Below, one piece after another: positions 1-7,711 of a stretch of 64,000 bases of DNA. Location: positions 1 to 64,000 of the IMG/VR virus record IMGVR_UViG_3300030110_003594; one strand, 5' to 3'. Numbering within the stretch: position 1 is the first letter of the stretch; every line of letters starts with the position of its first letter. The notes beneath the pieces were generated by a model, which was not told the DNA's origin, did no database searches, and saw nothing but the letters and a program-made list of their open reading frames with translations. Source of the DNA: a virus. The position numbers and the translations under genes were made by a program.

Positions 1-105
1 GAATGGGGATCATATGATATTAATGAAAAATATTATCTTGATGCAATAGAGAAAGAAATCAATAATATTATAGGAATTAAGTCTAATCAACTATTGCTAT
101 TTTAA
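1..105 (+). CDS. 3' end of a gene truncated by the window edge; probable family B DNA polymerase C-terminus
   Basis: Frame 1 reads EWGSYDINEKYYLDAIEKEINNIIGIKSNQLLLF*. The YDIN..YY.....I pattern and terminal QLxLF clamp-binding-like motif are typical of PolB C-termini. Only 34 aa are visible. Confidence 0.6.
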   Translation, partial: EWGSYDINEKYYLDAIEKEINNIIGIKSNQLLLF

Positions 106-123
106 TAAAATTAGTTAAATTTG
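94..123 (+). promoter_or_regulatory. Bacteroidota primary-sigma type promoter (-33 TTG / -7 TAnnTTTG)
   Basis: TTG at 94-96, 19-nt spacer, TAAATTTG at 116-123, 19 nt before the ATG at 143. Confidence 0.55.
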
Positions 124-142
124 TAACAATAAAATCAAAAAA

Positions 143-1003
143 ATGGGATATAAAAAACCAGGTAAGGTAACACCTGAAAAGTTATCACAAGCTTCATTTC
201 CTAATCATGGAAGTACATATACAGTAATACGTCATAAATTTTTAATTGATGCTAGTAGAAGCATTTTAAGAACACATGGTTTCAATATTATAGATGAAAC
301 ATATACAGCAACATCTAACTTAAATGTTGCACAAGGTAGGTATCAAATTCAATCAGACAAAGATTCTGAATTAGGTATGATGTTTGCTTGGTCAAATTCA
401 TATGATAAAAGTACACGTTTTCAATGTGGAATAGGTGCTTATGTATTTGTATGTAATAACGGTATGGTATCTGGAGATCTAGCTTCATATGCTAGAAAAC
501 ATACAGGTAATGCTGATTCAGAAGCATTTAATCATATTATGTCACAAATAAAACATGCTGATAAATATTTTAGTAAATTAATCTTAGACAAAGATGAACT
601 AAAAAAAATATGTTTAAATAAAAAAGAGCAATCAGAATTAGCTGGTAGATTATTTATGGATGAAGAACTTATTGATGCAACACAAATGTCTTGTATTAAA
701 AATGAAATGAGTAAACCATCTTATGAATATCAAGCTGATTTAGATAATGCTTGGACATTTTATAATCATGTAACTCATGCACTTAAGAAAAGTCATCCTA
801 GATCATGGATGACAGATCAACAAAAATTTCATGAGTTTATGATAACTGAATTATTGAGTCAGTCTCAATTACAGAATACTGATGCAAATATAATAGATGA
901 AATTGATCCACGTCAATTAAATATTATTGATGCAATAGAAAATAAATCATTTGCTGCTGATATGGAAGCACAAGATGAAATGTTTGGAGAATTTAAAATC
1001 TGA
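143..1003 (+). CDS. DUF932 (LGT_TIGR03299-like) family protein
   Basis: SNSYDKS...GAYVFVCNNGM...RKHTG and late NAWTFYNHVTH match the DUF932 NSxDxS/VCxNG/W..YNxxT signature. Confidence 0.75.
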   Translation: MGYKKPGKVTPEKLSQASFPNHGSTYTVIRHKFLIDASRSILRTHGFNIIDETYTATSNLNVAQGRYQIQSDKDSELGMMFAWSNSYDKSTRFQCGIGAYVFVCNNGMVSGDLASYARKHTGNADSEAFNHIMSQIKHADKYFSKLILDKDELKKICLNKKEQSELAGRLFMDEELIDATQMSCIKNEMSKPSYEYQADLDNAWTFYNHVTHALKKSHPRSWMTDQQKFHEFMITELLSQSQLQNTDANIIDEIDPRQLNIIDAIENKSFAADMEAQDEMFGEFKI

Positions 1004-1005
1004 GT

Positions 1006-1071
1006 CATGTCAGATACATTGAAGGGGAGGTTATAAAGCCTTGGATCGGTTCCATTTCCTCCCCTGATATG
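1006..1071 (+). promoter_or_regulatory. intergenic GC-rich stem-loop
   Basis: AGGGGAGG (1023-1030) pairs with CCTCCCCT (1058-1065); the outer CATGTCA/TGATATG can extend the stem with G-U pairs. Confidence 0.5.
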
Positions 1072-1087
1072 TTTTAAACAAAAAATT

Positions 1088-1924
1088 ATGAAAATAAAAC
1101 ATCAAAAAACAAAAACATTAATAACAAAACAAAACAATAATAGTAGTGACTGTATAGCTCCTAATATAATTTATGGTTGTTTTGGTAACTGTATAGATAC
1201 TTATTGTTATATGTCTAGATATAATGGTAAAAGAGTTTTTGTAAATAAAAATGTTGACCAAATATTTAACTCTGTAGTTGAATGGGAAAAGACTTATAAA
1301 AAAGTTCCTAATCAACAAGATCCTGTATATACAATGGTAGACATTGCATGCAATTCAGATTTAGTTTTGATGCAGAAGCATGTACCAGGAACACTTCATA
1401 ATTACCTTAAGTTATATGATGATCATCCTCAACTTAATAGCACAATGGCTACTAAGTATCCAGGTTTGTTAAAGTTAGATGTAAATCATTTTAATAAAAA
1501 ACCAAGAGTTCGTGTAAGTTTAATGCCACAAAAATATTCAGATATACTTGAACCAAAAATGCAAAAAATATTATCAAGAATAAAAGATGTCAATAGATTA
1601 AAAAAACTTGGTTGGGAAGTACATCTTAACTATTCACCTTTAATATTTTATCCTGGATGGAGTATAGAGTATGAAAATTTATTTAAATTTGTAAAAAAAT
1701 ATGCAGGTGAAAATAAATGTGAAGTTATTGCACTAACTAATCACGTATTTCAAATGAACAAAGCAAGTGAAGAAGCACGTGAATTAATGAAATATTCTGA
1801 TGAACCTAAAAATCTTAGTGGTACATTAAGGTATCCTATTAAAAAGAAAACAAGAGCATTAGAAAATTTTAAAAATATTTATAGTAAATATTTTAAATTA
1901 GAAACAATTAGATATATATTTTAA
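1088..1924 (+). CDS. spore photoproduct lyase-like radical SAM protein
   Basis: GCFGNCIDTYCYM (Cx3Cx4C variant), DIACNSD (equivalent to the SPL xACxSD motif), ATK, RVRVSLMPQ, GWEVHLNYSP, final IRYIF. Confidence 0.8.
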   Translation: MKIKHQKTKTLITKQNNNSSDCIAPNIIYGCFGNCIDTYCYMSRYNGKRVFVNKNVDQIFNSVVEWEKTYKKVPNQQDPVYTMVDIACNSDLVLMQKHVPGTLHNYLKLYDDHPQLNSTMATKYPGLLKLDVNHFNKKPRVRVSLMPQKYSDILEPKMQKILSRIKDVNRLKKLGWEVHLNYSPLIFYPGWSIEYENLFKFVKKYAGENKCEVIALTNHVFQMNKASEEARELMKYSDEPKNLSGTLRYPIKKKTRALENFKNIYSKYFKLETIRYIF

Positions 1925-1932
1925 ATTATAAT

Positions 1933-2088
1933 ATGGAAATAATAATACAAATTATGGGAATGTGTTTTGTAATCATCATAGCAATATGTATAGTTTTTAC
2001 AATAGTTGAATACATATTCAATATAAAAGATCAAAATCAAGAACTTTTAAAAAATATGAAAGAGCTTGATGAAAAAAATAAAAAATAG
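1933..2088 (+). CDS. 51-aa single-TM hypothetical protein (not in ORF track)
   Basis: Translated by hand: MEIIIQIMGMCFVIIIAICIVFTIVEYIFNIKDQNQELLKNMKELDEKNKK*. Fills the intergenic gap. Confidence 0.6.
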   Translation: MEIIIQIMGMCFVIIIAICIVFTIVEYIFNIKDQNQELLKNMKELDEKNKK

Positions 2089-2115
2089 TTATTAACCCTT
2101 TAAAATTTCAAAAAA

Positions 2116-2277
2116 ATGAATGAAAATTTAAAACCAATGGACCAGGAAGAGCCTAATCTTTCAAATGTAAAATTAGATCAAGAACCAAATATTAATAATG
2201 TGGATCTAGATCAAAATATCATTAGAAATAATGCAGCTACAATTGTAAATGCAGACAAAGCTAATGAAACTAAATAG
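2116..2277 (+). CDS. 53-aa acidic/Asn-rich hypothetical protein (not in ORF track)
   Basis: MNENLKPMDQEEPNLSNVKLDQEPNINNVDLDQNIIRNNAATIVNADKANETK*. A-rich leader and an internal DQE(E)PN(L/I)xNVxL duplication. Confidence 0.5.
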   Translation: MNENLKPMDQEEPNLSNVKLDQEPNINNVDLDQNIIRNNAATIVNADKANETK

Positions 2278-2584
2278 ATTTAAATGTCTTTTACAGGGTG
2301 TTTTTAATAGAACTGAAAGGGTATTTAATAAGAAAAGGAATGAATACTCACATGATCAAGATGTATTTGCAAATTTAAGAAATGGAGTGGCTTTTTCAAT
2401 TCATAATGAAGCTGAAAAAGTTGCTTATGAATATGCTTGTAAACATCTTGAATCAATTCAATCTATGATTAAAAAACTTCCTGATGAAGTTCCTTCTGAA
2501 AAATTAATTAATGAAAAATTTGGTGATGCTATTAATTACCTGATCATTATAGAAGGACTTCTTAAAGAGAGAATAGGAAAATAA
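2264..2584 (+). CDS. Nmad1/DUF1599-like all-helical (MazG/dUTPase-fold) nucleotide-modification-associated protein
   Basis: KKRNEYS..DVFANL...KHLESI...EKFGDAINYLIII matches the KxxDY...D..NY pattern. Likely start is ATG 2264 (ORF track starts at 2249). Confidence 0.55.
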   Translation: MKLNRFKCLLQGVFNRTERVFNKKRNEYSHDQDVFANLRNGVAFSIHNEAEKVAYEYACKHLESIQSMIKKLPDEVPSEKLINEKFGDAINYLIIIEGLLKERIGK

Positions 2585-2615
2585 ATATAAAACCAACATT
2601 TTATATTTATATGAA

Positions 2616-2657
2616 GAGGGTCAGTAGGTTTAATTCCATTTCCTACTGGCCTTTTTT
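2616..2657 (+). terminator. intrinsic terminator at the convergent junction of early (+) and late (-) blocks
   Basis: AGGGTCAGTAGG / CCTACTGGCCTT 12-bp stem (2 G-U) running into a T tract. Confidence 0.7.
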
Positions 2658-2898
2658 ATTGTCCTTCAGGACTTAAATCTTGAGTAATCCATCCATTATT
2701 AAGATCATTTATAATAGAAGAAATTTCTTGTAAAGTATATTCAGTGAAACCATTTAAAAAACTAGGTTTGTTTCCTTTAAATTTAACAATAGCTTTTGTA
2801 TTATCAAGATTCCATCTAAGAGTATCTTCAGAATCTATAATTAATTGATCCCAAATCATATTGCTTACATCAGATTTATTTATTATACAATATTTCAT
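2656..2898 (-). CDS. small hypothetical protein, probable partner of the LamG tail protein
   Basis: 80-aa ORF with S.DTLR.NLD.TK.IVKF.G.KPSFL, a pattern I recall next to LamG-domain genes in aquatic phages. Confidence 0.6.
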   Translation of the reverse strand: MKYCIINKSDVSNMIWDQLIIDSEDTLRWNLDNTKAIVKFKGNKPSFLNGFTEYTLQEISSIINDLNNGWITQDLSPEGQ

Positions 2899-2910
2899 AA
2901 TTTCATAATT

Positions 2911-3768
2911 TTACCAAAGAGGTGATGGATCTATATCACCACTAGACATATTAGTCATAGTTCCATTATAACCACTTGGCATTGATACTTCTTCATAAAT
3001 TGTTGGATAAGTTGCTGGTCCATCAGGAGATCCCATTCTCCACCAAGCTTTTAAAGTAGCAGCATGAGCGGCTGTATAATCATTAATAGTTGTTCCAGTG
3101 GGTTGTCTCCAATCTATTCCATTATTATTAGAATCATATTGAGCTTTAACAGCTTTTTCAGGTAATGCTGTTTGATGAATAGTAATATCTCCTAAGTATC
3201 CTGGTCCATAATATTTAATAGTTCCTGAAGCTTTACCATCAGAACCTATACGAGAATCTCCAACATAATCAAGAGTTAAATTTGTATTAGTTCCAGAATT
3301 AGTAGTTGTTTGATTAACACCATTAATAAATATTTTCCAACCAGCAGCAGTAGATGAAGTAACACCTCCATCAAAAACCCAAGCTATGTGAGTCCAAGTA
3401 GTAACTGGAACAACATAAGTAGTGGTAACACGTGTTCTTCTATTATTAGATCCAGCACCTGCTACACCGCTATTTAAACCCATCAAATGCATTTGTATTT
3501 TACCTGTGTTAGCAGTTTTACAATGCATACCATAATATTGATTAGTTCCTTGTCTTCCAATAGTTAAAATAGGTTTTCCATAACAGGCTGTACTATCAAA
3601 ATATACCCACGCTGTAACCGTTACACCAGTAGTATCATATTGAGTATTAGTAAATTCTAAACCTGTAGCATGTCCTAAATCTAAATATTGATCTACACCA
3701 TTAAAATCTGTAACATGGTTGTTTCCACCTCCATATTTAAACAATGGATTTATAACATGCATTGACAT
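2911..3768 (-). CDS. LamG/concanavalin A-like lectin domain virion protein
   Basis: DFNGVDQYL, TVTAWVY, WTHIAWVFDG, KIFING, RIG, LKAWWRMG, NGTMTNM. The ATG at 3768 overlaps the upstream TAA (TAATG), so it is a better start than 3804. Confidence 0.8.
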   Translation of the reverse strand: MSMHVINPLFKYGGGNNHVTDFNGVDQYLDLGHATGLEFTNTQYDTTGVTVTAWVYFDSTACYGKPILTIGRQGTNQYYGMHCKTANTGKIQMHLMGLNSGVAGAGSNNRRTRVTTTYVVPVTTWTHIAWVFDGGVTSSTAAGWKIFINGVNQTTTNSGTNTNLTLDYVGDSRIGSDGKASGTIKYYGPGYLGDITIHQTALPEKAVKAQYDSNNNGIDWRQPTGTTINDYTAAHAATLKAWWRMGSPDGPATYPTIYEEVSMPSGYNGTMTNMSSGDIDPSPLW

Positions 3769-5297
3769 TATACAATAGTTGATTGATAACCCATAATAAT
3801 ACATTTTAATCCTACAGGTGCTCCAAAAACAGAATCTACTGTAAATCTAAGCACAGTATCACAATTAATACTTATTGCTGCTGCATCACTTGGAAGCTGA
3901 ACTCTAGCAGCTGATGTAACACTTGACCACTCACCTGCATCAATAGTAGGTTTAACATCAAATATGCTACTCCAACTAACTCTATTATTTGTACTTGTTT
4001 CTACATTAACTGTTAATCCAGCTGATTCAGTACCAGATGGAGGTGTATTTACATGAATTTTAACAGGAGATTTGCAATGATCAGCATCATCAACTGCACC
4101 TCCATACCAAGATATTGTAAAATTATAAGGTATTCTAAATTCATATTTAACACCAGTTGTTATAGGTCTTACTTCATCAGTTAGTGTTACAACAAAACTT
4201 TCATATTTACGTGCAGATAATTTTAATGTATCTGTAGTAGCTGCATCAGCAGTAATACTACTATTAGGTGATTGTATAGTTAATGTATCAGAACATCCTG
4301 ATGCTACTGTACTACCAGTGGTACCGGTTATAGTTTTATATACATCTGCACATCCTCCTGCAGTATCAGTCCACGGTACACTAACAGCCATCTGTTGAGC
4401 TGCATTTAATTGAACTGGATATGTTCTACTAGCTGTTCCAGTAACACCTGTTTCATAGGTTTGTGTTAATGTAGTATTTGATCCTAATTCAACACCCCCT
4501 AAAGCTGTCGCTGTTGCAACAGGTAAAGTATAAGTAGTGTCAGTCCAAGGAACATTTACTACTAATTGATCAGAAGCATTAAATTGCAATCCATAAGTTC
4601 TTGATGCTGTGGTAGTTATAGCATTAGCTGCAACAGATTGTACAGCAACATCTTCTAATTTAACTAAACCTAATACAGAATCTGTTGCTTTAGCATATGT
4701 AGTATTAGGAGGTGTTGACCACGTATTATCTCCTCTTAAAAAATTTAAACTATTAGGAGTACCTGTTGCAGATAAAGATGTTGTTAGAGTATTTGTTGCT
4801 GAAACTACATTATTTATAAATGTACTATCTGCAAATGTTACAGTTTCAGTATTATCAATTTGTTGAGTAGTAGATCCATCACTTAATATCCAGTAATCCA
4901 TTGTACTTCCACCACCCCCACAACATTCACCATATACTATATTACAAGCTGTAATCTCAGGTCTAAAACCTCCACCACCATGTACAAATACACGTAAAAT
5001 ATGATCAAGTTTAGGATTAATTTGTTGATATACTGCAGCATTTAAAATAGCTTCATAAATTTCTGATAAATCTGTTCCTCCAGATACTACAAGTTGAACT
5101 GTATCAACAGCATTTACATCATTGGCTCCTCTAAAATACATTCTAAAGGTAGTTGCATTAACATAACCATATCCTAACAAAGATTCTGTAGGATACCATT
5201 GTTCTAGAGTAGCTGAAGCTTTAAAATAATATATATATTTAGGAAGATTGTGTCCAGGAAAAGCAGATGCCGGTATAGAATTAACATTAATAGTCAT
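3768..5297 (-). CDS. tail fibre protein
   Basis: FLRGDNTW motif and two AT...LGxVxL...SRTYxxQxN...VxVPWTDT repeats typical of Bacteroidota phage fibres; Thr/Ser-rich. Confidence 0.7.
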   Translation of the reverse strand: MTINVNSIPASAFPGHNLPKYIYYFKASATLEQWYPTESLLGYGYVNATTFRMYFRGANDVNAVDTVQLVVSGGTDLSEIYEAILNAAVYQQINPKLDHILRVFVHGGGGFRPEITACNIVYGECCGGGGSTMDYWILSDGSTTQQIDNTETVTFADSTFINNVVSATNTLTTSLSATGTPNSLNFLRGDNTWSTPPNTTYAKATDSVLGLVKLEDVAVQSVAANAITTTASRTYGLQFNASDQLVVNVPWTDTTYTLPVATATALGGVELGSNTTLTQTYETGVTGTASRTYPVQLNAAQQMAVSVPWTDTAGGCADVYKTITGTTGSTVASGCSDTLTIQSPNSSITADAATTDTLKLSARKYESFVVTLTDEVRPITTGVKYEFRIPYNFTISWYGGAVDDADHCKSPVKIHVNTPPSGTESAGLTVNVETSTNNRVSWSSIFDVKPTIDAGEWSSVTSAARVQLPSDAAAISINCDTVLRFTVDSVFGAPVGLKCIIMGYQSTIV

Positions 5298-5308
5298 AAC
5301 TAAAAGTA

Positions 5309-5674
5309 TTAACCTCTAGTCCAGTAAAACCATTCTAGAGTAGTTGATGAAGTATCGTATTTAAGTTTAGCTCCTACTGAACCTTTAAGAGGCATAAATA
5401 AAAAATCATTTGGTTTAAGCAAAGCCATATTTTGTGTACCTTGCCCATTTGTTACAAGAACATTACCACTTGTTGTTGATCCTGTATTTGTTATAAATAT
5501 ATAAGTATCTGAAGTTACAGAACTTGCAACAATAGTTTCATCAGTTGTTGCTTCAGTTGTTATTGTTCCTGAACCAGTAGGATCTGCTGTAGTTATAGCT
5601 GGTCCTATTCTAATAGTTAAAGGATCTGATCCAGACAGTCTACTTAAATGAAATAATGAGTTTATTGTTGCCAT
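5309..5674 (-). CDS. small beta-rich putative virion protein, paralog family member 1
   Basis: TYIFITNTG...LLKPNDFLFMP...LEWF; shares its pattern with 7712, 12888 and 13293. Confidence 0.65.
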   Translation of the reverse strand: MATINSLFHLSRLSGSDPLTIRIGPAITTADPTGSGTITTEATTDETIVASSVTSDTYIFITNTGSTTSGNVLVTNGQGTQNMALLKPNDFLFMPLKGSVGAKLKYDTSSTTLEWFYWTRG

Positions 5675-5684
5675 AATATTATCT

Positions 5685-5819
5685 TTATCTTCCTTGTCCT
5701 ACGTATGCCTTTTTGTAGAACTTAGAGTTTTTACTTTTACTTGTTTTAGTTTTAGCATGTACACCCGGTCTTTTTCTTTTACTAGGTTTACTATACGTAT
5801 ATATTTTTATCTTTGCCAT
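5685..5819 (-). CDS. 44-aa highly basic protein ending KAYVGQGR (not in ORF track)
   Basis: MAKIKIYTYSKPSKRKRPGVHAKTKTSKSKNSKFYKKAYVGQGR*. Tightly packed between its neighbours. Confidence 0.7.
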   Translation of the reverse strand: MAKIKIYTYSKPSKRKRPGVHAKTKTSKSKNSKFYKKAYVGQGR

Positions 5820-5822
5820 ATC

Positions 5823-5897
5823 TTAGCATTCTTTAGCGTGAGAACCATCACATGAACCGTCCTCAGCTTTTGTTTTACCACATTTACATTGAGCCAT
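5823..5897 (-). CDS. 24-aa CDGSH iron-sulfur (NEET-type) micro-protein (not in ORF track)
   Basis: MAQCKCGKTKAEDGSCDGSHAKEC* carries CxCxxT...CDGSH. A-rich leader; stop lies 3 nt from the next ATG. Confidence 0.75.
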   Translation of the reverse strand: MAQCKCGKTKAEDGSCDGSHAKEC

Positions 5898-5918
5898 AAT
5901 TTCTTTTTTTTTTTAATT

Positions 5919-6221
5919 TTACATCATTCCATCAAACATCCCAGGAATTCTTCTTCCTCTTTTGTCCATAGAAGGGGAACCTCCACCATAGTACTCTTTC
6001 ATAGTTCTAGGTTTTTTTACAGATTTACCATATTTAGCGTAACCCATATTATTACGTACTGATTTAGGTAGTGCTCTTAAACCAGCACCATCTTTACCGC
6101 CAGGTACTTCTTTAAGTTCTTTACCTATTTTTGCAGTCATCATCATTTTTCTTTTCATGAGTTCTGCTTGTTTCATCCCTAGTGGGGTATATGGAAATTT
6201 CATTCCGTTTACATTTGGCAT
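5919..6221 (-). CDS. small basic Met/Gly-rich hypothetical (putative internal virion) protein
   Basis: 100-aa ORF with AKIGK/AKYGK/YYGGG motifs and GLRALPKSVRNNMGY. Confidence 0.65.
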   Translation of the reverse strand: MPNVNGMKFPYTPLGMKQAELMKRKMMMTAKIGKELKEVPGGKDGAGLRALPKSVRNNMGYAKYGKSVKKPRTMKEYYGGGSPSMDKRGRRIPGMFDGMM

Positions 6222-6243
6222 AATTTCTAAATTTTAATTATTA

Positions 6244-6651
6244 TTATAACATTCCGTTTGGTCCTACACTACCACCTCTTTTCATTCTTCCACCTCTTTT
6301 TCTAATACCTGTTTCTCTAGGAACTATACCTTGTTCAAGTTGCGTACTTGTAGTGTTTCCAAAACTGACATCAGGATTAATCATACCTCCTCCCCTTGGA
6401 TCTATAGGAAAGTTAGGAACACGCGGATTTAAAAGTTGTCCTTTAATATGTGGACTCATATCTTTATGTGAAGGTCTAAATATATTAGCTATTCTAGTAC
6501 CTATATTACCTAACCATGATCTTTCTTGTGGTGGTGGAGGTGTAATCATAAAGTCTTTGAATGAATCTGGACCCCATCCCTCTTGAGCTTTAAACATTCC
6601 TGGAACTGCTTTTCCACCGTATTTATAAGGTTTTTTCATATATCTTGGCAT
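6244..6651 (-). CDS. GG-motif small protein ending GGSVGPNGML
   Basis: YKYGGKAVPGMFKAQEG, RKRGG, MKRGG. Confidence 0.65.
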   Translation of the reverse strand: MPRYMKKPYKYGGKAVPGMFKAQEGWGPDSFKDFMITPPPPQERSWLGNIGTRIANIFRPSHKDMSPHIKGQLLNPRVPNFPIDPRGGGMINPDVSFGNTTSTQLEQGIVPRETGIRKRGGRMKRGGSVGPNGML

Positions 6652-6671
6652 AATTTCTAATTTAATTATTA

Positions 6672-6887
6672 TTATAATACTCCATTTGGTCCTACAGCAC
6701 CTCCATCTTTGTATGTTTCCTTACCTTTTTTTGCCATTGTTTGTATAATAGATGACATACAGTTTGGATCTTCTTTGCAATTCTTTATATCTCTATTTCC
6801 TTTAATTACATTCGCAGCTGTAAAAGCTGCAGGGGCTGCATAAGCTGCTCCTAATAGTCCTAATCCTATTTTAGCACCTTTTTTCAT
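6672..6887 (-). CDS. GG-motif small protein ending GGAVGPNGVL
   Basis: 71 aa with an N-terminal hydrophobic helix and YKDGG; ATGA overlap with the holin. Confidence 0.6.
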   Translation of the reverse strand: MKKGAKIGLGLLGAAYAAPAAFTAANVIKGNRDIKNCKEDPNCMSSIIQTMAKKGKETYKDGGAVGPNGVL

Positions 6888-7282
6888 TTTACTTTTTTTG
6901 TTTTTTCTAATGATCTACCACCAAAGTAAGCACCTATCACAGTTATTAATACTAATTGAAGTAAGTCAGTCCATTTAGCTTCAACAACAAAGTTGATAAC
7001 ACCTGCATCAATAAATATTAATAACACTGTGCTTACAACTAAGAATGCTAATACTAATGGTCTTATATTTTTTGATAACCAAGAATCAGAATTCATGTCT
7101 GCTTCCCATCTTGATGTAATTTCTTTTTCCATTTGAGTTTCATAGCTAGCTATTAACTCTTGCATTTTTTGTTTAGCTTCAAGCTTTTCTTCTTTAGATG
7201 TATGTAAGTTATCTATAACTCCACCTACACTTTCTACAAGATCTCCTGCTCCTCCACTAAATATTTTTCCTAATATACTCAT
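6884..7282 (-). CDS. holin, GTA_holin_3TM-like
   Basis: TSKEEK...RWEADMNSDSWLSKNIRPL followed by TM segments and AYFGGRSLEK. Confidence 0.8.
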   Translation of the reverse strand: MSILGKIFSGGAGDLVESVGGVIDNLHTSKEEKLEAKQKMQELIASYETQMEKEITSRWEADMNSDSWLSKNIRPLVLAFLVVSTVLLIFIDAGVINFVVEAKWTDLLQLVLITVIGAYFGGRSLEKTKKVK

Positions 7283-7284
7283 AA

Positions 7285-7452
7285 TTATTTTTTTGGTCTA
7301 AATTTATTAAACGTCTTCCAAAGACTACATCTTTTTTTAGCTTTGGCTGATGGAGGATTCTTGCAGTATTGAGTTTTACTTAAACCAGCTTTCTTTGCTG
7401 CCGCATTAAGAGCACCAGGTTTCTTTACTGCTGTCTTCATCCAATTTGCCAT
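7285..7452 (-). CDS. 55-aa basic protein (W...AVKKPGAL type; not in ORF track)
   Basis: MANWMKTAVKKPGALNAAAKKAGLSKTQYCKNPPSAKAKKRCSLWKTFNKFRPKK*. 2-nt gaps to both neighbours. Confidence 0.7.
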   Translation of the reverse strand: MANWMKTAVKKPGALNAAAKKAGLSKTQYCKNPPSAKAKKRCSLWKTFNKFRPKK

Positions 7453-7454
7453 TA

Positions 7455-7688
7455 CTACACGTATTGATCAAATGTTCCAGACTTAACAACGTCCATAAAC
7501 AAAGCAAACTGTTCTTTTGTAAACTCTGTGTACCCTTCTTCTTCTCCACCAACTACAACTTTATCTGAGTCAGCAGAAATATCAATAGATGGGCAAGATT
7601 TACAGTTTGCACAGAATGTCATTTCAGCTCTATTCTCTGAAACGCTTACATTTTTAAGTCCTTCTAATTTATCTAAATTCATTTTCAA
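7455..7688 (-). CDS. DUF397-like small protein with CxxCxxC
   Basis: CANCKSCPSIDI...VVV...EFTKEQFALFMDVVKSGTFD resembles the DUF397 C(V)E...FT..EW..F...VK.GEFD pattern. Confidence 0.5.
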   Translation of the reverse strand: MKMNLDKLEGLKNVSVSENRAEMTFCANCKSCPSIDISADSDKVVVGGEEEGYTEFTKEQFALFMDVVKSGTFDQYV

Positions 7689-7711
7689 TTTTTTATTGGT
7701 TATTATTTATT

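Noticed and set aside
2911-5297. Diversity-generating retroelement targeting the tail fibre/LamG genes
   Set aside because: No reverse transcriptase and no TR/VR pair differing at adenines seen in the window.
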